Below, one piece after another: positions 53,590 to 64,000 of a stretch of 64,000 bases of DNA. The stretch is from contig NC_043000.1 of NCBI RefSeq assembly GCF_006345805.1, positions 32,488,001 to 32,552,000 of the forward strand, in the 5' to 3' direction. The translations under genes were made by a program, and so were the position numbers. Positions within the stretch are counted from its first letter, which is position 1. Every line of letters begins with the position of its first letter. The DNA comes from Octopus sinensis. Its lineage: Eukaryota. The notes beneath the pieces were generated by a model. The model ran no database searches and was not told the origin of the DNA. It saw only the letters and a program-made list of their open reading frames with translations.

Positions 53590-54915
53590 GACAGAAGGAA
53601 ATATGGGTGCCAAGTGGTAAAATGATGAAGGCAATTAAACCTCAGTTCAGTTATAAATACTTTGAGGCAAATGGAACTAAACACAGTGATATGAAAGAAA
53701 AGACAAAGAAAGACTAGCTGTGACCAGTGAGAAAAATATTGGCTTCAAAGTTGAATGCCAGAAACATAATTTCGGCAATAAACTCACAAGCAGTCGCAGT
53801 AGTTTGGTATTGCTCTGGAATCCTGAAGTGGATAAAGGAGGAACTAAAGGAGTTGGACAGGAAGACAAGAAAGATCCTTCAACCATGTGCAGACACTGAT
53901 TGCCTATAGATGAAGAGAGCAAATGGAGGAAGGGGACTGATAAGTGTGGAAGACTGCATATGTATCGTAGTTTAGAGCTTAATGAGATACCTAACCCAAA
54001 GTAAGGAAACCTTGCTAGTGTCAGTAAGGAATGCGGGAGTATTGAAAGCTGAGAAAAAATAAATAAAGAAGTACCAAAAGGACATGAAGAAGAATTACAC
54101 AAGAAGGGACTGCACAATCAGTTCCATGTAGCCACAACCGAAGTTGCTGGAAAAAATAGGTGGGATTGGCTGAAGAGACTGAGAACGCTAGACTGGCAGC
54201 GCAAGACCAAGCTTTGGCCACAAATTGGAAGGTTAACTTTAGGAATGAGCAAGTGTCTTTGCTGTGCTGCATCTGCAATAGAGTGGACGAAACCATTGAC
54301 CATATCACGAACGAGTGCTCTAGACTCGCCCCAAACCATTACAAGTCGTGGCGACAGGATCAGTTAGTGAAAGTGCTACATTGGAAACTGTGCGAAAAGT
54401 GGGGAATATAGAGAGAGGCAAGACGTGGTACGAACACAAACTGCAGAGAGTGGCGGAGTGAAAGACCTGCAAAATCTGGGATTTTTCTATTCAAACAGAT
54501 CAGATGTTAGAGCATAACAGACTGAACCTAAGATGCACCACATGTGCTATATAGTTGATGTTGCCCTTTGACTCACGAATAGCTAAGAAGGAAGGTGAAA
54601 AAATAGACACATACAATCCTCTTAGCCCGGCTATGGAAAATGAAGAAGGTGAAGATAGTGCCAATTATTGTTGGGTCTTTGGGAACAGTATTAGAAGGCA
54701 TCAAGGGGAATATAAATGAAATTGGAATAGAGTGCCCAGTAGAACTGTTACAAAAGGTTTGCCTGCTTGGCACGGCCAGAATAATCAGGAAAGTATTAGA
54801 TAGTTGAAAAGAATGGATAGCATGGTACCGTAGGCTGCAGGCAGCAAGCCCACTATGCAGGCAAGACTTCAGAAGTTCCAACAAAACATGAGATAAAAAG
54901 AAATAATAATAATAA
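53590..54915 (+). pseudogene. Decayed R4/Dong-type LINE: RT C-terminus, CCHC zinc knuckle and RLE region
   Basis: KLNARNIISAIN, LKELDRKTRK, CCICNRVDETIDHITNEC, VKIVPIIVGSLG...LQKVCLLGTARIIRKVL; multiple stops and frameshifts. Confidence 0.85.
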
Positions 54916-55643
54916 TCATAATAGAAAAAATTGAACAATGATACAAGTGACAATATTATGCAATGATGAGGCATATTGGATAATGATATAAGGGACATAG
55001 TGAACACTGATTTAAGGAAATGAACACAGATGTGAGGGACAATAAATTTGTGTAGGAATCAAATAAATGGTAGTGAACCCCACCCCTTGAAAAATGCCTC
55101 ATATTTCATGTATATAAGAAATCTTGTTTACATTCATAAAAAAATTATTAACATTTAAAAAACAAAATTTAAAATAGTAAAATGCTGTTTAAAGTTACAT
55201 AACTCTAAGCACTGTTGGAGTTAATACCAACAAATCAAAGATGAGGTAGAAATGGTAATTCCATTTAATAAGGTTTGGTAGTCTACATAGAAGTGCCAGT
55301 ACCATAAATGTGTTGTTACTGAGTAATTTTAGTGAACGGTGTGTGGACTGAATGGTATGACAGTAACCAATTGTATATTTTGTAGCAATTAATACAGGTC
55401 TCATAAAATTCTGTTGTGTCTGGGGAGAGTAATTTTCTTTTTGTGCCTTATAAAGTAACACACACACACCGGTAAAATTTCCACTTATTTCTTATTTTTA
55501 TTTTCCTAAAATTTTCGTTGCGTCTTGCAACCTTTACAATAGTCTTGACTCTGTCCGTTATTTACACTGCATTCCCTTTTGTTTGTTTGTGCACATGTGT
55601 GTGGGTTAGTGTGTGCCTATACACGCATGCATGTACGTATGTA

Positions 55644-55678
<35 letters not shown>

Positions 55679-56451
55679 ATATGTGTGTGTGTATGCATAT
55701 GTATATATGTGTGTGCATCTGTATGTACGTAACCTGCATATTTATGTGCTTGCATGTCCGTGTTTGTGTATTTTCTATGTATGTGTGTGTGAGCATGTGT
55801 TTGTATATGTATGCACCTCTGTCTCCTTGTGTGTGTGTGTGTGTGTGTGTTATGCAACTATGTACCATATTTGTATGTATGGATGAGCATCTTTATATGT
55901 GTGGATCCGTGTCTCCATGTGTCTGTTCTTGTAACCTATGTACCTATCCATCAGTATGTTGATCTGTTTATTTTCATATCTATATTATCTATATGCTTAT
56001 ACAAAAAAAAAAGGTGCATACACACACACACACACACATACATACATTTATCTACCTAACAGTCCTCTAACTATTCTACTCTACCTGTGCAAACTGTGGG
56101 TATGGAGGTATGGTATCTAATATGTATATTTCCTATTTAGCATTGGGGAGGTTTCATTTATATCATAAGATGTTTAAAAATATATAATCTAAAATCTGAT
56201 ACACTGAAAATAAACTAAAATTGTTACTTTCAAATAACATGATATGATTAAACAACTCTTTAATCAAGATCTTTGATTAACAAAATCATTAAACATAGAA
56301 TTTATTCTATAATCAAAAACCTTGGTATTTTTTTTTTGACTGGACAGGCTCAACATTTTGAAGATATTTATATTGGGGAAGAAAGAAAGAAAAAAACTTA
56401 ACAACTTTGCTAAATCTGTCTTCAATCATGAGGTTCTTTGTAATGACTTAC

Positions 56452-56540
56452 TTGTACATCTTGTACATCCTGATGGCCAATTTTACCCAAAAGAGATTTA
56501 ATAGAGTTCTGACCACATCCAATGGAGCCACGATAATTTA
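56452..56540 (-). CDS. APEH: APEH exon (VNYRGSIGCGQ...GHQDVQDVQ)
   Basis: tttcag| acceptor, |gtaagt donor, 89 nt, phase 1-0, NYRGS motif of S9 peptidases. Confidence 0.95.
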
Positions 56541-56999
56541 CTGAAATAAAAGATTGAAGGTATTTAGTTTTATATGTATATAGTTGGTGACTATCTAAAT
56601 ATTAATGACCATCTAAATATTGGCTACCATTTGGTGGTTAACATTTTATAATAATCTACATTTTCCCAAGAGGGTTTAAAGAGGATCTGAAGCATGTCTA
56701 GGTTAAATATTTGCAACACTTAACGGGGTGGAGTTCAGGTGTAGTGTGATCTTGGGTGAACACTCAAAACCTACTCCGTCCTGGTTACCAGCCAGCAGAA
56801 CAAGAAAGGAAGGAAAACAACTTGGTGATGGTGCTGGACTAGATTAACAGGAACTTAACATGTAGTGTGGTGCTTCCAAAATAAACAACAATGTCCCAGC
56901 TTTGGCTGCATGGAATGGTGGTGGGAGGGACTATTGGTGAAATAGAGATTGTTTTTTTAATTAAAAAGCAAATGGTGTGGTACTTGTTTTAGAAGTGCA

Positions 57000-57330
57000 A
57001 TATTGGCGTCAAGACCAAAAACAGTTGTCAGGGCATCGGTAGAGATTAGTGCTTTCCATGGAGTTGAAACCTGAACTATGAAGATGGAGCTTCAAGGTTA
57101 CTTTGATGGTTCACTCACCAGGCTTCTGATGAGGGCTCAAAAGATCTCATAGTAAGAGCACAAGGTCACATTCTGCTCATACCTACTATTACTGCTCAAC
57201 ACAATGTAGGCATTCTCTGTCACTGCTGTTGTTTTGACCAACAGGCCATACTGGATATTACATTTTGGAGACATCCCCGCCCACTGAATAAAGACCACTC
57301 AGCTAGACTGGTGTAATTAGTAGAGACACA
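57000..57330 (+). mobile_element. Decayed RTE-type LINE RT fragment
   Basis: MELQGYFDGSLTRLLMRAQKIS-like translation with stops. Confidence 0.5.
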
Positions 57331-57913
57331 CAACATGAAATTGAATGCTAATGGAATGTAGTGGGGTAGGGCTCAGTTCCCTGGGGCATCATGGAGGAGG
57401 AGGAGCTGGCAGTTAGGCCTTGTTGTTACTTAAGTTGCTTCTTGTGCCATTAATAATGGAATTGCTGTAAACTTTCCATTGGTCTCTGGAATCAAACTAA
57501 GGAGTTGTTCCATGATATTTGTTCATCAAAAGTCCAAGAGGAACTTCAAATCCCTAAAATTATGTCTTGAAGCAAAATAACAAACATTAAGTCAAAAATA
57601 ACAAAATACAAAAAAAATAATAATTCTTGTGAGCTGTGATGTGTTTTTAATGAAGCAAAATATTTCGGTTGAAGATAACATAAAGCAACCGAGACCAAGT
57701 GGCTATGAGTACTGTTGCTGTTAAATGAGAAATATATATCATGAGTTCAAATCCAACCAGTTGCCTACACATCCAGAAATAACATTCCTGATGATGATCA
57801 ATAATTAAACCAACAGAAACAGTGTACACATAAATATTAAGAGATATTTTCCGAGATTAACAGTCAGAAAAATTACATTATAATATTTTAAAAATATATA
57901 ATTTATATTTGAA

Positions 57914-59204
57914 TACAGGGTGTCCCAAAATTAAGGCAACCAACTTTTTTCAATTTTGCCAAAACAAAATATTGTTATATTTCAGGTGTGAGCCTTGCAA
58001 TGCAATGGTTTTAAGCAAACACAATTATGACATTACTACATTTATTCAATACGACAATCTCTGCTTCAAATCGCAACCTTAAGACTAGGTGTGAACGCTT
58101 CACATGTGGCATGTGACTATTCTTGTGGAATCAAAGTCCATTTCTGGAGCAGTTTTGCTTTCAGAGCATTGAGCGAAGCATGAAGAGAGCTCAAGACCCT
58201 CCAAAATGGACCAAACTGAAAAATCTAAAGGGTTGAGATCGGGGTTTCTTGAGGGCCATACATCTGTGCCTATGAATGACGGAATGTTTTTTCTGAATCC
58301 AGTGTTATGTCTGTTTGGAGCTGTGGGAGGATGGTGCTGAGTCCTGTTGGAGGCTCCAAGGTGTGCCTTGAAAGTGCTCCTTCGCCCATGGAAGCAGTTC
58401 AGCTTCCAGAATGTCACTAATGTATCACTGGGTGTTAATTTTAACACCTGAGGGCACAAAAACGAGGGGAGACCTTCCAGTGGCTGTCACAGCTGCCCAA
58501 ACAATAATTGACTGTGGATTTTGATGTCAATTTACAAGTCTACCTCCGAAAGAGCCAGATACACCCCAAAGTTGGTCACTCGGGTGGTTTACTGTCTGCT
58601 CAATGTCAGATTTATTTTCATCAGTGAACACCAGATTTGGCAGTGTGCCTTCAGCAATCAGACTCCAGACAAGACGACTTCTCTCCAGTCTCATGGCCTT
58701 ATAAACCTGTGTGAGCTCATGATGGCAGATCATCTTGTAGGGCTGGGTCCTCAAAAATTCCTTTAGCATTCGATACATCAATGTTCAGCTTATTCTTGCT
58801 GTGGAAGCAAATATTCTGATGGAATTACAAGCATCTTGCTGTATCTTTCCATTGGTACTTCTGATAAGCTGAGGGGTCTGCACATTTCTTTTTTGGCCAT
58901 ATCCAGGTCAATCAGTGATGGAACCAGACTCTTGAAATTTCTCAACAATTTTCCAGACTGTTGTTCAGCTAATTTTAATCTCCTTTGCTATAGCTGTATT
59001 TCTTTCACCTCCTTTGTGGAGGGTTATGGCTATATTTCAGTCTATAGCCATTACGTAATTTATAAATCTGAATTTATTCAGTCTGAAACAGAAAAGAGGA
59101 TGCAGTAAGCTTTTATAATGATGGATAATTCTCATGTCTTATCCATTTATTGATAGTTATTAAAGCCTGAAACTTTGGTTGCTTTAATTTTAGGAAACCT
59201 TGTG
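57914..59204 (-). mobile_element. Near full-length decayed maT/DD37D-like Tc1/mariner transposon in an APEH intron
   Basis: About 28-bp imperfect TIRs (CAGGGTGTCCCAAAATTAAGGCAACCAA and ttggttgctttaattttaggaaaccttg). N-terminal HTH-like region, VFTDE, WPSRNPDLNPLDFSVW. Stops and frameshifts. Confidence 0.85.
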
Positions 59205-59564
59205 TATTATATCATCATCATCATTTAATGACCACTTTTCCATATTTGTATGGGTCAGACAGAATTTGTTGAGGTAGATTTTCTATGGCTGGATATCTTT
59301 TCAATCACCAACCCATACCTATTTTCAAGTAAGGTAATATTTTTATCACAGCCAGACAAGCTTTTTATAGCAGACTGAGAATGAATGGTGCTACTTCTAT
59401 AGCAGTGCTACCCTTTTACAAATATCACATGACATCAAAACAAGGGTACACACACACACCATATATATATACATACATGACAGGCTTCCTTCAGTTTCCA
59501 CTTACTAAATCCACTCATAAGGCTTTGGTTAGCCTGGAGCTAGAGTAGTAAAATATTTCTCAAG

Positions 59565-60050
59565 AACAGTGCCGGCGGTACGTAAAAAGCACCATCCAAA
59601 CATGGCCGATGCCAGCGCTGCCTTGACTGGCTTTTGTGCCGGTGGCACATGACCTGCTGTGCTTGAGGAGACCTATTGAGGCAAGTACATCAACATCAAA
59701 AATATCAAATGGAAATTGTAGTTGTGATACATGTGCCGGTGGCACGTAAAAAGCACCATCCGAATGTGGCCAATGCCAGCGCCGCCTTGATTGGCTTCTG
59801 CGCCGGTGGCACGTAAAGAGCACCAACCGATTGTGGTCGCTGCCAGCCTCCCCTGGCACCTGCCGGTGGAATGTAAAAAACACCCACTACACTCACGGAG
59901 TGGTTGGCATTAAGAAAGGCATCCAGCTGTAGAAACACTGCCAGATCAGACTGGAGCCTGGTGCAGCCTCCTGGCTTCCCAGACCCCAGTCGAACCGTTC
60001 AACCCATGCTAGCATGGAAAGCGGACGTTAAACGATGATGATGATGATGA
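59565..60050 (+). mobile_element. Family C element (RTE-type 3' tail) with tandem 55-67 bp modules; other copies at 1-200, 2310-2590, 4690-4878, 6935-7075, 11315-11720, 12905-13320, 20060-20210, 32875-33130, 35960-36265, 46975-47258, 51437-51700, 62495-62940
   Basis: Repeated gtgccggtggcacgtaaaaagcacc modules, common tail aacccatgctagcatggaaagcggacgttaaac(gat)n. Confidence 0.85.
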
Positions 60051-60111
60051 TGGTAAATATGAAATGAAAAACCATTAATATCAACTTATATTTAAAAAAG
60101 ACAGCACCCAC

Positions 60112-60191
60112 CTAATAGAACAGCAAAACCACAGGAACACATGGCAGCCGGATACAACTGAAAGTCTCCCATGAAAGCCGAATGAGGCCTC
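60112..60191 (-). CDS. APEH: APEH exon (PHSAFMGDFQLYPAAMCSCGFAVLL) with an apparent 1-nt deletion at its 5' end
   Basis: ccttag| acceptor, G|gtgggt donor. 80 nt, where 81 is needed for phase 1-1. Confidence 0.85.
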
Positions 60192-60589
60192 CTAAGGATG
60201 AAAATGGTAAATGCTTGTTTTTAACAGGCAGACAGAAAACAGTCTAAAAGACAACAGAAAATTTGGTAAATATTGGCTTCAAAATTTGGTACAAAGCTAG
60301 CAAGTTTGGGGCAGGGGGTAAGTCGATTACATTGACCCCAGTGTGTAACTGGTACTTATTTTATCGACCATGAAAGGATGAAAGGCAAAGTCGACCTCAG
60401 AGGAATTTGAACTTAGAATGTGAAGATGGACGAAATTCTGCTAAGCATTTTGTCTGGCACACTAACAATTCTGCCAGCTCACCATTTTTGTAAATATTCC
60501 CTGTACCAGTAATTTGTAAATGGAAAAATGACAGAATATAGAATAACTGTTGGAATAGTAGGTGGGAAAGACAATATGGAAATAGTTAC

Positions 60590-60670
60590 CGTGGGACCAG
60601 ACAACAAGGGGAAACTTAGAGTCAGCACATTCTGATGGCCTCAAGAAAATACTTTCAAATTCCAAATCAG
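60590..60670 (-). CDS. APEH: APEH exon (DLEFESIFLRP...FPLVVWSHG)
   Basis: ttgcag| acceptor, G|gtaact donor, 81 nt, phase 1-1, S9 PLVVxxHG motif. Confidence 0.9.
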
Positions 60671-60760
60671 CTGCAAATACAAAAATACACACAATATTAG
60701 ATTTAAACAGGATGAAAATGTATTTGCATACATATTTTATTGACAAATAATAAAAAAATA

Positions 60761-60894
60761 TTATTTACATTTGACGGATATTTGCCCTCATCTTGTTTGT
60801 TGTTAACACAATGTTTTGGCTGGTGAGTACATCAGCCGAAACGTTGTGTTAACAACAAACATGACGAGGACAAACATCCATCAAATGTAAATAA
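60761..60894. repeat. 62-bp-arm hairpin made of two head-to-head tails of the 1566-2060 element family
   Basis: 60761-60822 pairs with 60833-60894, 10-nt loop. Confidence 0.9.
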
Positions 60895-63712
60895 TTCCTC
60901 AGCTTTTAAATACAGAACTGAATAAGAAATATGATCATTCAATAAAAAGAATGAAATGTTTCAGTAAAACTAAATGTCTAATATGAAATCTGTTCCTTGT
61001 TGTTGGATGTCATCATGATTCCTGTATAGTAACACATAGAACTATAGCTCTTTCCTGATAAAGGGTCTTTGCCCAAAACATTAGTAACGTTCATTTGTAA
61101 TAACTATCATGTTTCAATGTGAAATCATAATTTTTTAGAGGAGAGGCTGATAAGATCTTTCACAAATACTCAACAGCTTATAGGTTAAAGAAATAGGACA
61201 TCTGCTCACTCACTGAATATATGATACGAGTTTATTTTTGGCAGAGTTGATAAGACACAAGTCCATTGGCAGAGAGATTATACAAGTGTGTGTTTATATC
61301 TTATAACACGTCATTTTGTTGAGTGTGTATGTACGGTATTAAGCATGCCTTACTTTATCAAGTCCTTGGCAAAACTAAGAGGTGATCACAATTCATAGAA
61401 TGACAGATGGTAGTGGGAATGTTTCTAATGGCATAAGTTTGAGAGAGAAAGAAAGCTGTGTCCTTGACACAACTGCTCACTCCCCAATAACTTTACTGAG
61501 TGAGAAGCATGATGGAGGTATGAATGATGATGATGATGATGATGAGTTGTGATAGGGGTTGAAGTGAGAGGAATACAGTGTAGATGAGAGAAACCAAGAG
61601 AAATGTATTTAGTGACAAAATTTTAAATTATTAAAAATTAGACGAACAGGCGAAGATGTGGCTGTGTAGTAAGAAGCTTGCTTCCCAACCACATGATTCC
61701 AGGTTCAGTCCCATGGAGTGGCACCTTGGACAAGTGTCTTCTGCTATAGTTTCAGGCTGACCAAAGCATTGCGAGTGGATTTGGTAAACAGAAACTAAAA
61801 GAAGTCTGTTATATACATATATATAAAATATATATAATATATGTATATATATTTGTTTGTGTCTGTGTTTATCCACCCATCATCACTTGACAACCAATGT
61901 TGGTGGGCTTATGTCCCTGTAACTTAGCAGTTCAGCAAAAGAGACCAATAGAATAAGTACTAGGTTTACAAAGAATAAGTCCTGGGGTTGATTTATTCAA
62001 CTAAAGGTGGTGCTCCAGCATGGCTGTAGTCAAATGACTGAAACAAATAATAGAGTAAAGAGAAAAAATTAACTGACTTATGGTTCTCTGTTGGAATCTG
62101 CCCAACAAAATCCCAAAACTAATTAATCATCATCATCATCATCATAGAGAGAAATGTTGGACAATAAGAAGCATTGGATGTGGCATGCAAGAGAGACGTT
62201 TGCGTTGGTATGGTTATGTACTGTGGATGGATGAGGTGAGCTTTGTGAAGAAGTGCCACTCCTAAACAGTGGAAGGAATCTGGGGTAGATGGAGATCCAG
62301 GAAGACATGGGATGAGGTGGTGAAGCATGACCTTCGAACGTTAGGCCTCACAGAGGTAATGACAAAAGACTGAGACCTCTGGAGGTATGCTGTGACTGAG
62401 AAGACCCAGCAACTAAAGTGAGTTTACAGCTGTAACCTACACCAGTGTCACATAACCAGCCCACTCTAAGTACCTTGGATCATAGGGTGACAGGCCATGC
62501 TTGAGGAGACCTATTGAGTCAAGTACATCAACATCAAATCAAATCAAATGGAAATTGTAGTTGTGGTCCCCGTGCCAGTGGCACATAAATAGCACCATCT
62601 GAACGTGGTTGTTACCAGCCCCCTTGCCCCGACTGGCTCCTGTGCCGGTGTCATGTAAAAAGCACCATCTGAACGTGGCCGATGCCAGCACCACCTTGAC
62701 TGGCTCCCCTGCTGGTGGCACGTAAAAAGCACCTTCCGGCCGTAGTTGATGCCAGCCCCTTCTGGCCCCTGTGCCGGTGGCATGTAAAAAAAGCACTCAC
62801 TACACTCGTTAGGAAGGGCATCTAGCTGTAGAAACTTCACCAGATCAAACTAGAACCTGGTGCAGCTTCGAGGCTTCCCAGACCCCAGCTGAACTGTCCA
62901 ACCCATGCTAGCATGGAAAACGGACGTTAAATGATGATGATGTTCAATGTCGGTATGGGTTGGATGGTTTGACAGCAGCCAATGAGTCAGAAGCCTGTAT
63001 GATGCTCCAATATCTGCTTTGGCAGGATTTCTATGACTGGAGGTTCTTCTGAACGCCAACTGCTTCACAGCATGTACTGGGTGCATTTTTCATAGCACCA
63101 GCACTAGTGGGATCAGCCTGCAGTTTGCAAGATAAATATCCCCTTTGAAAGGAATGAGGGAGGCAGTTTAATGCTCGGAGATGAAGGATTAAAGCATGTG
63201 AAATGGGGGCAACAAACAGAAGAGGTTTCTTGCTGAAGAGGAGCTACATGGCTACTGAGATTAGAGAAGAGAGGACAGGTAGAACCAAGGTGGAGCTGGA
63301 AAACAACGGTGATGAGGTGTAAGGGTGGAGCGTGAAGTTTTGAAGTGATCTGAGCGAATGGGAAGTGTAGATGAAAAGAGGTTGCAAGAGCATGTCAGAG
63401 AGTGAGGAACGGTTAGAAATAGTGAAAGGGTGAAAATGATGAAGAACAGGTGTTGAGAGAGGAGGAGGAAGAGGAGGTAACAAAGATAAAAGTTAGAAAG
63501 TGCTGAGAGGTGATCAATGACACTATGAGTTGGGGAGAGAAGATGACGGACAGTTCAGAAGGTGGCTGAGGATAAAGGCAGCAGAATAATAATAATAATG
63601 AGAGAGAGAGAGAGAGAGAGAGATGTACATTAACAAATGAATCAAGATGAGTAATAAGAAGTTAAATTAAGGAAAAGATCCTGGTTTAGAAAACAAAACA
63701 AAACCATCTTAC

Positions 63713-63857
63713 GGAATTCTTCATTAATCATGCCATCAATTGGTTTATGCTTCAGTAATTCTACTGTGATGCCATCCAATTTATGATTGAGTTCTGCATC
63801 TAATTTCACCCATTCAATTGTATCTTCTTCTCCTTCTGGTGGCAGATGACCAATCAC
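63713..63857 (-). CDS. APEH: APEH exon (VIGHLPPEGEEDTIEW...GMINEEF); earlier exons lie beyond the window
   Basis: ctacag| acceptor, C|gtaaga donor, 145 nt, phase 0-1, continuous with the next exon. Confidence 0.8.
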
Positions 63858-64000
63858 CTGTAGAGAGATACAAAAGGTAGATCTATGGAGGAGACTTACA
63901 AACTTGTCAAGTTAACCTGATTATAACAATGAAAAACAGCCATAATCGATTTTCAACCGTTGCTGGGGTCTCATCAGAGATTCTACATCACTTGACCAGT

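Noticed and set aside
57124-57150. CTGATGAG hammerhead core
   Set aside because: No GAAA after a stem II. The motif lies within RTE-type coding sequence (RLLMRAQ).
57647-57829. Minus-strand ORF as the missing APEH exon
   Set aside because: The exon between PLVVWSHG and VNYRGS is at 60112-60191. This ORF has no S9 similarity.
62570-62800. CRISPR-like repeat-spacer array
   Set aside because: Eukaryotic context, no cas genes, spacers are homologous to one another, and the modules belong to a retroelement tail.

Overview
Eukaryotic, AT-rich, microsatellite- and SINE-dense genomic DNA. The repeat families suggest an octopus or other coleoid cephalopod (inference; no search run). Two convergent multi-exon genes were rebuilt by hand from GT-AG boundaries and phase continuity. 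(1) A CDKL2/3-type kinase on the + strand, ATG 4931 to TAA 31866, at least 9 coding exons, about 491 aa. (2) The 3' part of acylamino-acid-releasing enzyme (APEH, S9 family) on the - strand, 10 exons from 63857 down to the stop at 44433, with the Ser-Asp-His triad visible; the gene continues past the window end. Introns and the intergenic gap hold three main SINE/LINE-tail families, CR1, RTE and R4-type LINE fragments, Tc1/mariner relics, MITEs and several long fold-back palindromes. Most supplied ORFs are microsatellite or repeat artefacts. Most notable: an in-frame TAG in a CDKL exon that is also a second splice acceptor and a preferred ADAR triplet; a TGY activation loop in place of TDY; a 17-nt frame-shifting micro-exon candidate; a hammerhead-ribozyme relic in a tRNA-headed fold-back element; 60-110 bp intronic hairpins; and an apparent 1-nt deletion at the APEH HGGPH motif.
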